Assembly: GCA_963796275.1 (NCBI GenBank)
Contig: CAWCKY010000006.1
Coordinates: 1,440,001-1,504,000 of the forward strand
Reading direction: 5' to 3'
Source: an uncultured Acidobacteriota bacterium
GTDB taxonomy: Bacteria > Acidobacteriota > Blastocatellia > RBC074
Length of the DNA: 64,000 nt
Position 1 is the first letter of the stretch. The number at the start of each line of letters is the position of its first letter. The notes under the pieces were generated by a model that was not told where the DNA came from, did no database searches, and was given only the letters and a program-made list of their open reading frames with translations. The position numbers and the translations under genes are program-made. Of this stretch, positions 21,095-31,079 are shown in pieces.

Positions 21095-21508
21095 ATGCCA
21101 TTAACACAAAAATTGGATATCTCAGCGCAGCACAGTGATTGGGGTGCCGTTCCGGTAGAAGTTTTGGGGAACGGGATAGAGCGTCAGATGATAATCGGCG
21201 AGCGGTTGATGCTCTGCCGTTTGCGTTTTCCACCGAACACGGTCACTGAGCCGCACGCTCATTTGCACGAACAGATGACGATCGTCGAGCGCGGCCGCGT
21301 GCTCTTCATCATCGGCGAGGAAGAGCGGATTGCGAAGGTGGGCGATGTGCTCCATTTTCCGTCTGGATGCTGGCATGGCGCGACGATGCTGGAAGAGGAG
21401 GTAGTGCTCCTGGATATCTTCACCCCGCTCCGCGAGGACTTCCTCAAATCCGGTTCATTCGTTGACCGGGTCGATAATCAGGAATATGAGGTTCGTCAGT
21501 GTGAGTGA
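21095..21508 (+). CDS. Cupin domain protein, KdgF-like (unsaturated uronate processing)
   Basis: PHAHLHEQ, WHGA and DIFTPLREDF motifs; adjacent to a pectate lyase. Confidence 0.82.
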   Translation: MPLTQKLDISAQHSDWGAVPVEVLGNGIERQMIIGERLMLCRLRFPPNTVTEPHAHLHEQMTIVERGRVLFIIGEEERIAKVGDVLHFPSGCWHGATMLEEEVVLLDIFTPLREDFLKSGSFVDRVDNQEYEVRQCE

Positions 21509-21509
21509 G

Positions 21510-22664
21510 ATGTTCATAAGATCATGCTTTCTGTTAATGGCGGTTCTCTCATTTGTCGCGACCGCCAATACCGCGAGTAGACAGAGAGCGATCTCCTGGC
21601 AGGATTGTCTCAACCAGGAACCTGGCTGGTACGGCAGCAAGGAAGCCCTCCGCATCGCCGACAACCTTCTTCTCTTCCAACGCGACAGCGGCGGGTGGCC
21701 GAAGGATATCGATATGGCGGCGGTCTTGAAAGAGGATCAGATGGTTGATCTCGCCGAACGGAAGAATCGGGTCGATTCTACTATCGACAATGGCGCGACC
21801 TACTCGCAGATGATCTATCTCGCCCGTGTCTTCTCGGCATCCAAGAATGCGCATTACAAGGAAGCGTTCACCAGGGGGTTGGATTTTTTGCTCGCAGCTC
21901 AATATGAGAACGGCGGATGGCCGCAGTTCTATCCGAAACCCAGCGGTTACCACAAACACATCACCTTCAACGACGACGCGATGATAGGGGTAATGAACCT
22001 TCTGCGTGGTATCACCCGCCGGGAACCGGCGTACGCATTTGTCGACGAAGCTCGCCGCGTGAAGGCTGAAAAGGCGATCGCGAGAGGGATCGATTGTATT
22101 CTGAAGTCTCAGATCGTGGTTAATAACAAACTCACGGTCTGGTGTGCGCAGCACGATGAGGTCAGTTTGGCGCCCGCGGCGGCGCGATCATACGAGAAGG
22201 TCTCACTCAGCGGTAGCGAAAGCGTCAACATCCTCCGGTTCCTGATGGGAATCGAACGCCCGGATCGGCGTGTGATCGAATCGATCAAATCGGCTATCGC
22301 TTGGTTCGAAACGGCAAAACTAAGCGGTATCAGACAGATCGAAATTAAAGATGCCTCTTTGCCGAAGGGATTCGACAGGGTTATCGTGGTAACCCCGCCT
22401 ATTCCGCCGATCCCGGGAGCCCCAGTTTCGGGCGTTCAGTCTGCTGGAATATTGTGGGCACGCTTCTACGAGATCGTGAGTAATCGTCCGATCTTCTGCG
22501 GCCGCGATGGCGTCATCAAGTATAGTCTGGCGGAGATCGAGCACGAACGGCGGATCGGCTATAACTGGTATACGAGTGCGCCGGCCAGCCTGTTGTCAAA
22601 TGATTATCCCGCATGGGAAAAGCGATTGGGGACTGAAAACCAGAGACAGAGGGAGGGGAAGTGA
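21510..22664 (+). CDS. Pectate lyase, family PL10
   Basis: SGGWPKDID, TIDNGAT, NGGWPQFYP, ITFNDDAM, WCAQHD and WARFYE; signal peptide. Alternative start 21486. Confidence 0.92.
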   Translation: MFIRSCFLLMAVLSFVATANTASRQRAISWQDCLNQEPGWYGSKEALRIADNLLLFQRDSGGWPKDIDMAAVLKEDQMVDLAERKNRVDSTIDNGATYSQMIYLARVFSASKNAHYKEAFTRGLDFLLAAQYENGGWPQFYPKPSGYHKHITFNDDAMIGVMNLLRGITRREPAYAFVDEARRVKAEKAIARGIDCILKSQIVVNNKLTVWCAQHDEVSLAPAAARSYEKVSLSGSESVNILRFLMGIERPDRRVIESIKSAIAWFETAKLSGIRQIEIKDASLPKGFDRVIVVTPPIPPIPGAPVSGVQSAGILWARFYEIVSNRPIFCGRDGVIKYSLAEIEHERRIGYNWYTSAPASLLSNDYPAWEKRLGTENQRQREGK

Positions 22665-22748
22665 GATAATCGTCCGTTCGGTTCGCCTCTGTTTCAGGTC
22701 TATTGCCTCCGCGGCTGTCCATTCGCAAATTCAAAAAAAGTAAGCACG

Positions 22749-23781
22749 ATGAGCATCATGAAGAATCAGGAAAAACCACGGATCCGATTTTCAGTCATCG
22801 GCCTCAATCACGGCCACATCAACAGTCAGACGCGCGCCGTCCAGCGCGGCGGCGGTGAGCTGGTCTCCTTTTATGCCAAGGAGCCCGAGCTCGCCGCGGC
22901 GTTCACCAAGAATTTCCCGCAGGCGAAATTAGTGGGCAGTCAAAAGGAGATACTCGAAGACAAGTCCATTCAGCTCGTCGTCAGCGCTTCGATACCTGAT
23001 GAACGGGCGCCGCTGGGGATCGAGGTCATGCGTCACGGCAAAGACTTCATGGCCGATAAGCCGGGCATTACCTCGCTCGAACAGCTTGCCGAGGTTCGGC
23101 GCGTCCAGGAAGGGACACATCGAATCTACTCGATTATGTACAGCGAGAGGTTCGAGAACAGGGCTACGGTCAAGGCCGGAGAGCTGGTAAAGGCAGGAGC
23201 CATCGGAAAGGTCGTTCAGACCATCGGGTTGGGACCGCACCGCTTAAATCTGAAACAACGCCCGGCATGGTTCTTCGATCGCCGCCGATATGGCGGAATC
23301 ATCTGCGACATCGGCTCGCATCAATTCGATCAGTTCCTTTTCTTCACCGGTATCTTCGCGCGCGGACGTTGTGGCTTCGCAGGTGGGCAATTTTCACCAT
23401 CCGCAATATCCCGGTCTGGAGGATTTCGGAGACGCGATGCTGCGCGGCGATCAAGGCGTCGGATATATTCGCATCGATTGGTTCACTCCGGACGGACTGC
23501 CGACCTGGGGGGATGGGAGGCTGACCATCCTGGGGACGGACGGGTACATCGAAATCCGCAAAAACGTCGATATCTCCGGCAGGTCCGAAGGCAATCACCT
23601 CTTCCTGGTTGATCATAAAGGTGTGCAATATATCGATAGCAAGAACGTAGAGCTGCCTTATGGTGAGCTGTTAGTTGATGACGTGATCAATCGGACTGAG
23701 ACGGCGATGTCACAAGTCCACTGCTTTCTGGCGACCGAGTTGGCGCTCAAGGCTCAAAAAGCAGCTCGCAGCGTTAAGTGA
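22749..23781 (+). CDS. Gfo/Idh/MocA family oxidoreductase; +1 frameshift near 23352
   Basis: VIGLNHGH, ADKPG and GGIICDIGSHQFD. ORFs 22749-23612 and 23290-23781 join as FFTG/SSRADVV when the extra A in GGTATCT is removed. Confidence 0.85.
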
Positions 23782-23806
23782 TCCGATAAAAATCACCGTA
23801 AAATAT

Positions 23807-23856
23807 AAAGGGATGATGGCCGGATGTTTAGTGCGGCTTCGTCCCTTTTTGTTTTT
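23807..23856. terminator. Likely bidirectional terminator between convergent genes
   Basis: aaagggatga...tcgtcccttt stem with an inner gccg/cggc pair; T-rich tail on the plus strand and A-rich left flank. Confidence 0.55.
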
Positions 23857-23868
23857 GTGGCGAATTTA

Positions 23869-24435
23869 TCAGGCTCTCGCGAATCGACCGCTGAAGCGTT
23901 CCTTGAACCCTTTCAACTTGAATGCCAGCGCGATATGGAAAATTCCCAAGAAAAGCGCGTAGAGGCCGATCAACCAGACGACAGCGATAGCGCCTACCCC
24001 GGGACGCGCCATCAGCATAACGCCGAAGAAAATCGATATTATCCCGGTCAATGCGAGCCATAACTCGCCTTCGATCTCCTTCCGCAACTTGATGGCTGCG
24101 ATAATCTCGAAGATACCCGAAACGATCGCCCATGCCGCGATCAGATAGAGCAGGACGAGTGCGGTGATACCCGGCCAGGCGAAGGTCAGGACTCCAGCGG
24201 CGATGCCCATCAATCCGACCAGCACGAGCGCCCACCAGGGTGTCCCGTTTCCCTCGCCCTTGAATATGGCTGCTACAATCGAAAGGATTCCATCGATCAA
24301 TGCAAAGGCTCCATAAAGCAAAACCAGTGCACCCAGTGTGATGCCTGGCCAGATGAAAGCGAGAATGCCGAATATGACGGCGCACAAACCACGCAGCGCC
24401 AATACCCACCAGTTACGAGCCAACGTCATTACCAT
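23869..24435 (-). CDS. HdeD/DUF308 family membrane protein
   Basis: LARNWWVLALRG start; repeated WPGIT motif; about six TM segments; GAGGAG RBS. Confidence 0.9.
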   Translation of the reverse strand: MVMTLARNWWVLALRGLCAVIFGILAFIWPGITLGALVLLYGAFALIDGILSIVAAIFKGEGNGTPWWALVLVGLMGIAAGVLTFAWPGITALVLLYLIAAWAIVSGIFEIIAAIKLRKEIEGELWLALTGIISIFFGVMLMARPGVGAIAVVWLIGLYALFLGIFHIALAFKLKGFKERFSGRFARA

Positions 24436-24720
24436 TTCTTTCCCTCCTCATAAAAATAGGGCAGGAATTCTAACTACCCCATTAGTAAAACCGCTGGTGA
24501 GTTAGGAAACCTGCCCTACATTCAGTAATTCCGTGGGCAATGTGGGCATCGTTTGCGATTTATGTTACCACTTACAATGATCACATAGGCGCGGCAAGGT
24601 AATCTTTATTACCTTGCCCCTGCGACCTATGAGTGCTGAGGACGGAACATTTGATAATACAAAATAATAAAAACATTACTGTCTTATGAATTGAGGTTAC
24701 CTGAGTGGTAGGTCGGACTA

Positions 24721-24966
24721 TCACTCAGGTAACCCCTCTCCTCCTCCTCCATTGATCAGCCTATGAATCAAAACCCGCTCTGCAGGAAACATCCTCCTCG
24801 CATTTCCTGTAAGCCTGGACAACAATGGCCCATCTCCCCGAGTCCCAATAGCCATCGTCTCGATATAGTTGACAGTATCCCTGTCCCCCAACAAAGTAAT
24901 GTCCGATTGTTGTTTCATGGCTAATTCATTTTTGAGCAAACACTGCGCTCTTTTCAACATTTGCAA
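24721..24966 (-). CDS. Possible small hypothetical protein
   Basis: Only ORF in this gap and co-oriented with its neighbours. No recognisable motif and an uncertain start. Confidence 0.25.
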   Translation of the reverse strand: MQMLKRAQCLLKNELAMKQQSDITLLGDRDTVNYIETMAIGTRGDGPLLSRLTGNARRMFPAERVLIHRLINGGGGEGLPE

Positions 24967-25073
24967 CTTAACAAATGGAGGTGTATGGGGTAATTAGGAG
25001 AACTACGGATATCGATGAAAAAAAGTACTAACCAGCTGATTTGATTAGAAAATCTGTAATTGAGGAAAGGCGT

Positions 25074-25517
25074 TCAGACCTTAACTGAAGGGACAGGAAA
25101 ACGTTTACCTTCCAACGCCTTATAGATCGCCTGGGCGAGATCCATATTCGCCTTCACCTTGAGGACATAACCGAGGGCGCCGGCAGCGAAACCTTGTTCG
25201 ATCAGCGCCGGGTCGCTGTGCATTGTCAGTAGAACGATCTTCGAATCGGGATATTTCTCGATGATTCTCCGCGCAGCTTCAATGCCGTTCAATTCGGGCA
25301 TAGAGATGTCGGTGACGATGACGTCTGGTTTGAGGGTTTCGGCCGCCTTCAATAGTTGTTGGCCGTCACCAACAGCTCCGACGACGTCAAAATCCGGTTC
25401 CAACAGGTCACGTATGTCATCGAGGACATCAGCGTGGTCATCTGCTATGAGGACGCGTATATGTTGCACAATTACACTTGGGAAAGACGCAGCAGCTTGA
25501 AATTCATTCTTCATCAT
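25074..25517 (-). CDS. Stand-alone receiver-domain response regulator (NarL-like REC)
   Basis: VLIADDH, VTDISMPELNG, LLTMH and GYVLK; no HTH. Confidence 0.9.
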   Translation of the reverse strand: MMKNEFQAAASFPSVIVQHIRVLIADDHADVLDDIRDLLEPDFDVVGAVGDGQQLLKAAETLKPDVIVTDISMPELNGIEAARRIIEKYPDSKIVLLTMHSDPALIEQGFAAGALGYVLKVKANMDLAQAIYKALEGKRFPVPSVKV

Positions 25518-25657
25518 TTAGCCTAATCCTTTCGAGATCGAGTTGCACAATCAACCGTCCTCAGGACAGATCAGGCTGTCCTTTGTTCAGGAATGAAACG
25601 CTACCAATGCTCTAGCCGATGGTCAATAAGTAAAATTACGGAGGAATCTTGTTATGC

Positions 25658-26326
25658 CTACTGAGTTTGGTCGGGTGCCGGCGGAGAGAGGGGGATAAGA
25701 CCTATCTTGATCGCATATTGGATTAATTCAGCGGTGGTCTGGAAGCCGAGCGTTTGCATCATCTCGTATTTGTGAGCTTCGACCGTCCGGGTTGAAATCT
25801 CCAGAATCGAGGCGATCTCTTTCATCGTGCGACCCTCGGCGACCAGTTGGAGTACCTCACGCTGCCTTGGGGTGAGCTTAATGGCCTGCTGTTCAGGCTC
25901 GCGCCCCACGTCCATGAGAAAAGTCAGGACATCTTTCGTGATGAGCGGTGTGACGTAGGAATGACCCTTCATCACCTCATGAATCGCGGTGATGAGCTCC
26001 TGGCTGGCCGATTGTTTGAGAAGATAGCCGGATGCGCCCGAGCGAAAGGCCTCGGTGGCGAGCGGCACCTCCGCATGCATAGTCAGGAAGATGATCTTGA
26101 CCGGAATCCCCTCCTTTTTGATCTGGCGGACGGCATCGAGACCATTGAGTAACGGCATCGATATGTCGGCGACGATGACGTCCGGTTTTTGTTGTCTGGC
26201 GGCTTCCACCAGGGCGCGGCCGTCTGCGACGATCCCAATGAGTTCGAACTCATCTTCGAGGATGCTCTTCAAGCCCTCCGCTACGATGATGTGATCTTCA
26301 GCCAGTAATACTTTTGTTTTTCTCAT
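25658..26326 (-). CDS. NarL/LuxR family response regulator
   Basis: REC domain plus LTPRQREVLQLVAEGRTMKEIA...TVEAH. Confidence 0.95.
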   Translation of the reverse strand: MRKTKVLLAEDHIIVAEGLKSILEDEFELIGIVADGRALVEAARQQKPDVIVADISMPLLNGLDAVRQIKKEGIPVKIIFLTMHAEVPLATEAFRSGASGYLLKQSASQELITAIHEVMKGHSYVTPLITKDVLTFLMDVGREPEQQAIKLTPRQREVLQLVAEGRTMKEIASILEISTRTVEAHKYEMMQTLGFQTTAELIQYAIKIGLIPLSPPAPDQTQ

Positions 26327-27982
26327 TTATGACTCTTTTCTGAATGGAATGGAAACTTTCAACTCAGTCCCGGAGCCAGGATGAGATTCAATTTCGAAGC
26401 TGCCGTGTGAGAGCCTGATCCTTTCTTCGATGCTGATAAGTCCGAGCCCACGCCTTTCCTTCGCCTTTATCGGATCGAAGCCTACTCCTTGGTCGACAAT
26501 ACGCAGATCGAGGGCATCGCCAGTTTCAGTCAGGGTCAAGCGCGCACTTTTCGCGCCGGAGTGCTCTGCGATATTGCGCAGCGATTCCTGTGTGACTCGA
26601 TAGAGGCACAGAGCGATCTCTGCCGGGACATCTCTGATGGCGCCCTCGACCGCCATCGATACGGAGACGTTCTCCCGATCGGTGAATTCGATGCAAAGCA
26701 GTTTCAAGGCAGCGACCAGACCGACGTGCTCGAGGGTAGATGAGTGCAGCTCGTGGGAAAGACGGCTCATCCGTTCCGATAAGAGGGTGGTTTTGGTCTC
26801 TAGTTTGGTTATTTCATTGCGGACGGTGAGGTCGACTTGGGGGAGCTGGCGTTCGAGCCTGCCCAGTCCGATCGCCAGCGCCGCCACCTGCTGGTTGAGG
26901 TCCTCGTGGAGCTCACGGTTGAGCCGTTTACGCTCTTCCTCCTGTGCGATTATCAGTCTGCCGGCGAGATCGGCCTGCTCTTCAACCATCACGCGATACC
27001 GCTCCTCGCTCTTACGCAGCGACTGTTCCGACTCCTCTTGTTCCCGAATTGCCGCGGCCAGAAACATCAAGGGAGTAGACATGACGATCAGGAAGAGTTG
27101 CAGCGGGAGGACTCTTTCGCCGGCGGAACTCGCGGTGAAGGGGCCGAGGCCGTTTAATGCGCTCCAGATCGACAGCAGGGTTGTGATCATCAAAGTCAGG
27201 CTAAGTCCGGCAGGCCCGAAGCGCGCCGCCGCCCAGAGCAGGAATGGAAGCAGGGAGTAGACGAGCATCGGCACCTTGCCGGGCTCCATCTCCTTGGGGC
27301 CGAATGCGATGACGCAGGCCAGAACAAGCCCGGCCGTCATCAGCAACCCTTCGAACAGGCGTCTGAAAGTCATACTTCGCAGGTAAGCGATGCCGTTCGC
27401 GCCCAACATCACGATGACCGGCGCGATTATCAAAATGGCCAGAACGTTAGAGAAGAATCGCATATGCCATACCTTCCAGTAGTTGTCCATTCCCATTCTG
27501 TTCAAAACAACGAATCCGGCATCCAGGAACGAAGCGGCGAAAGGTGCAATGGTTACCGCAAAAATAATAAAAATTATGACGTGTCGTGAATTGTCGAACC
27601 GTAATCTATCGCCGACGATGCGACGGATGCAGATGGCGCCCAGGAGCGCCTGGAACGAGTTGCTGATGAACCAGCAAATGACCATCGGCATCGGTATACC
27701 GTTTTGCAGTTCCACAATCAGATGGGCTAGAAACGCGCCTAACAGCGCGATCGGCCACATTCGCCAGGTCGTCAGCAACAAGACAGCAAGGAGGATGGCG
27801 TTTGGGGGCCAAAGGGTCGATACTACATGAGGCTTGAAGGTTAAATTGAATCCGATCTTCGCTCCCAAGTAGTATGCCAGGATTACAAATACGACAAACC
27901 CAGCCGGTTGGATATGTCTCCAATAACTTCCGTGATTCATTTCCTGCACTGAATCACTATTGCGTTCCGCTGACAGACTCAT
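26327..27982 (-). CDS. MASE1-domain sensor histidine kinase (HisKA_3 type)
   Basis: Multi-TM N-terminus with LWPPNA; QEEERKRLNRELH; YRVTQESLRN; DQGVGF; GLGL. Confidence 0.92.
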   Translation of the reverse strand: MSLSAERNSDSVQEMNHGSYWRHIQPAGFVVFVILAYYLGAKIGFNLTFKPHVVSTLWPPNAILLAVLLLTTWRMWPIALLGAFLAHLIVELQNGIPMPMVICWFISNSFQALLGAICIRRIVGDRLRFDNSRHVIIFIIFAVTIAPFAASFLDAGFVVLNRMGMDNYWKVWHMRFFSNVLAILIIAPVIVMLGANGIAYLRSMTFRRLFEGLLMTAGLVLACVIAFGPKEMEPGKVPMLVYSLLPFLLWAAARFGPAGLSLTLMITTLLSIWSALNGLGPFTASSAGERVLPLQLFLIVMSTPLMFLAAAIREQEESEQSLRKSEERYRVMVEEQADLAGRLIIAQEEERKRLNRELHEDLNQQVAALAIGLGRLERQLPQVDLTVRNEITKLETKTTLLSERMSRLSHELHSSTLEHVGLVAALKLLCIEFTDRENVSVSMAVEGAIRDVPAEIALCLYRVTQESLRNIAEHSGAKSARLTLTETGDALDLRIVDQGVGFDPIKAKERRGLGLISIEERIRLSHGSFEIESHPGSGTELKVSIPFRKES

Positions 27983-28081
27983 ATTCTTAATTCCATATGG
28001 CTCTATAACAAGGAGTATTCTACGCTTGTTCTTCGGCGATGACGAGTTCTGTTCTGAAAAAATTGATAGCTGCTGGAATAC

Positions 28082-28164
28082 TTGATAATTGATGGTTGAT
28101 AGCCGATAGTGAGTCGGTTAGCCGTCGAACCGACCCTTACCACTATCAACTATCAATTATCAAC
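28082..28164. repeat. Inverted heptamer arrays (TGATAGT/TGATAAT)
   Basis: ttgataattgatggttgatagccgatagtg faces cactatcaactatcaattatcaac, with an inner gtcggtt/aaccgac pair. Confidence 0.75.
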
Positions 28165-28189
28165 TAATCAAATATTTGAGGGTATCCAA

Positions 28190-29173
28190 ATGAAAAAGTT
28201 AGGATGGGGGTTGATCGGTTGCGGCGATATCTCCCGTAAACGAGTCGCTCCGGCTATCCGAGATATCGCGGAATGCGATCTCGTCGCAATCAGTCGCGCG
28301 CAGCGCGAATTGGCCGAAGAGTTCGCCCGAGAATTTGGTGCCCGGCGCTGGTACGATGATTGGAGCGCGTTGATCGCCGACCAGGAGATCGATGCCGTAT
28401 ACATTGCGACGCCCGTAAACTTACACGCGCAACAGGCTATCGCAGCGGCCTCGGCGGGCAAGCACGTCCTGTGCGAAAAGCCGATGGCGATGGATGTCGC
28501 GCAGTGTGACCGCATGATAGCGGCATGCCGCGCAAACGGCGTCAAACTCTGCATCGCCTATTATCGCCACTTCTATCCAATAATCGGCCGCATCAGGGAA
28601 ATTATCGAGTCGGGCGAGATCGGCGCCCCGGTCATCGCTCAGATCAACGCCTTTGAGATGTTCAATCCGCAGCAGGGCGAGCCGCGCTACTGGTTCGTAA
28701 AAAAAGAGCAGGCCGGCGGCGGGCCGATGATGGACTTCGGCTGCCACCGTATAGAAGTCCTCATGAATATTTTCGGTAAGGTCAAATCGACCGCTGGGAT
28801 CATCGATAACATCCTTTTCGAGCGTGAGGTCGAGGATACCGCGATCGCCTGTTTTTCGTTCGAGAACAGGATGCGCGCGACCTTGACTGTCACGCACACG
28901 GCGTTCGAGTCGCAAGACACGCTCGATATATTTGGCAATCGCGGCTCGATTCACGTACCCCAACTCAACCGCGGCCAATTACGCGTTGTCACCTCGTCGG
29001 GAGAGAGAACCGAACTGCTTCCCCCACACGCGAATATTCACCAACCATTGATCGAGGACTTTATTCATGCGGTGTTGGGCGATCGCGATCCGAAAGTCGG
29101 GGGTGATGTTGGAAGGGAAGTGGCCCGTATTGAAGAAGATATATACACAAACCGTCACAGCGCGACGTTATGA
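28190..29173 (+). CDS. Gfo/Idh/MocA family oxidoreductase
   Basis: WGLIGCGDI, GKHVLCEKP and GGGPMMDFGCH. Start at MKKLGW after GAGG. Confidence 0.92.
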   Translation: MKKLGWGLIGCGDISRKRVAPAIRDIAECDLVAISRAQRELAEEFAREFGARRWYDDWSALIADQEIDAVYIATPVNLHAQQAIAAASAGKHVLCEKPMAMDVAQCDRMIAACRANGVKLCIAYYRHFYPIIGRIREIIESGEIGAPVIAQINAFEMFNPQQGEPRYWFVKKEQAGGGPMMDFGCHRIEVLMNIFGKVKSTAGIIDNILFEREVEDTAIACFSFENRMRATLTVTHTAFESQDTLDIFGNRGSIHVPQLNRGQLRVVTSSGERTELLPPHANIHQPLIEDFIHAVLGDRDPKVGGDVGREVARIEEDIYTNRHSATL

Positions 29174-29277
29174 AAAGATAAAAAAAAGTTCCAGTGTCGA
29201 CTGCCGCTTCCTTCGCCGCCTGCGCGCGGCGGAGTGCCGATGACTAAATTAGCTTTTTTCTGTGGGAGTTTTTTACT

Positions 29278-29940
29278 GTGGACGTAGTATTAAATGAGTA
29301 TGAATTGCGCGTTCTGGGTGCGCTCGTCGAAAAACAGATTGCCACGCCGGACTATTACCCGCTCTCGCTCAACGCCCTGATGAATGGTTGCAATCAGAAG
29401 AGCCATCGAGACCCGGTGGTCTCTTACGATGAAGCTACTGTCGCGCGCGCGATCGATGGCCTGAAAGAGAAAAAAATTATTTATGTCTTTCATGGTTCGG
29501 AGGCTCGGGTCCCGAAATATGGCCATCTTTTTCCGAAAGCTTATGAATTGAATGAAGTTGAGGTCGCGGTGATGTGCGTCTTGATCTTGCGTGGGCCGCA
29601 AACTCCCGGGGAACTGCGCTCGCGCACATCGCATCTTCATAATATCGAGCAACTGAGCGATGTCGAAACTACCTTACAGAGCCTCTCATCGCGCGAACAG
29701 CCGCTGGTCGTCAGGATGGCGCGGTTGCCGGGGGCGCGCGAGTCCCGCTATGCCCATCTGTTCGGCGGCCCGGTCAGCGTTGACGATGTCACCGCTTCGC
29801 CGAAAACGGAACTCGCAACCCCGCGCGTGCCGGTGGATGATGGGCGATTGGCGAGATTCGAAGAAGAGATTAGATCGATGCGCCGGGAGATCGACGAATT
29901 GAAGCAGGAATTTGCAAAATTTAAGAGCCAGTTCGAATAG
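29278..29940 (+). CDS. yceH: YceH/DUF480 (UPF0502) family protein
   Basis: RVLGALVEKQIATPDYYPLSLNAL, CNQKSHRDPV, LRGPQTPGELRSR and RESRYAHL; C-terminal coiled coil. Confidence 0.9.
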   Translation: MDVVLNEYELRVLGALVEKQIATPDYYPLSLNALMNGCNQKSHRDPVVSYDEATVARAIDGLKEKKIIYVFHGSEARVPKYGHLFPKAYELNEVEVAVMCVLILRGPQTPGELRSRTSHLHNIEQLSDVETTLQSLSSREQPLVVRMARLPGARESRYAHLFGGPVSVDDVTASPKTELATPRVPVDDGRLARFEEEIRSMRREIDELKQEFAKFKSQFE

Positions 29941-30038
29941 GTCAGATCCATTGACGAGTCATTTAAGCTTATGTTAAAAGCCACTGACCGACCAAAGCTG
30001 CTCCGGACCTTTTTCTCCCCCAAAGTGAGTATTTGGGT

Positions 30039-31079
30039 ATGAGGCTGCATGTATTTGCATTGATTCTATGTTGTACGATTCCTTCGTTCGCGCAGACTGA
30101 ATCGCAAGACTATCTCACTGATGCATCGCTCCCGCTGCCGACAAATGGTACTAAAATCCGCACGCCTAAACCGCTCGCGCCATATAAAATCTATCGTATC
30201 AAAGTCACATCGCCCTACAACCTGAAATCGGTTTATTCCGAGAGCCAGGGGAACTACGAAACTGACATCCTGATCGATGGGAAATTTTTACGTACCATCT
30301 CGTTCGACGAGGGCTCTGACAGTCACATCGGCAATCTCGAATTTCTATATCGAGGATACGGTAAGCAGGTTTACATCGGTTTCACCAGAGACCATTACAA
30401 AGAGATCGAACGTGCTCAGATTCAAATCTACGCCGAGGGGTGGATGCAAAAAGTTTGGCGCGAGCGGTTCAGCAGAAGCTGGCGAGTCTACGGCGAATAT
30501 ATAGCTGGATTTTTGATCCTGGTTCCGCTCATTTTATCGCTCGGGTTCTATCTCAACCGGTGGAGTCAGAGAAATAGGGCTGATGAAAAGAAGTTGGAGA
30601 TGGAGCGCCAGGCTATGATCCTCAACTCGCATAACAAAAGCCTGGAACTGATAAGGGAGATCGATCAAAGGGCCCAACAGAAATCCAACGAACTTATCGC
30701 AAGGAACTATGACGAATTGCAAAAGAAGATAATGTATTGGCGCACACGGGCATACACGGAATCTTATTTTCTCAATTCCGACCTGCGAAAAAGTTATGCT
30801 GCCGTCAATCGGGATAAGATTATCAACGAACTCGAGAAGGAATGGACCAATGAATTTCTGGATATAGCGCAGGATCTGGCTCTCGGGAAAGCGCTCAAAG
30901 AACAGGAGCCGGGCGTCATGCATTGGATAGAAGCCCGGCAGGAGGTGGTGAATATCGCACATCAGCTCACCTGGAGTACTCAGCCCGTGATAGACGCATA
31001 TTTTGAAGAGGTTCCTGGTCAGGTCATCCCCGACGAGGGGGAGGGGCAGGTGCAGGCCGAAAAGTCCGCTCAAAACTAG
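30039..31079 (+). CDS. Hypothetical single-pass membrane protein
   Basis: Signal peptide (SFA-Q), about 130 aa exported domain, TM IAGFLILVPLILSLGFYL and helical cytoplasmic region. Confidence 0.75.
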   Translation: MRLHVFALILCCTIPSFAQTESQDYLTDASLPLPTNGTKIRTPKPLAPYKIYRIKVTSPYNLKSVYSESQGNYETDILIDGKFLRTISFDEGSDSHIGNLEFLYRGYGKQVYIGFTRDHYKEIERAQIQIYAEGWMQKVWRERFSRSWRVYGEYIAGFLILVPLILSLGFYLNRWSQRNRADEKKLEMERQAMILNSHNKSLELIREIDQRAQQKSNELIARNYDELQKKIMYWRTRAYTESYFLNSDLRKSYAAVNRDKIINELEKEWTNEFLDIAQDLALGKALKEQEPGVMHWIEARQEVVNIAHQLTWSTQPVIDAYFEEVPGQVIPDEGEGQVQAEKSAQN

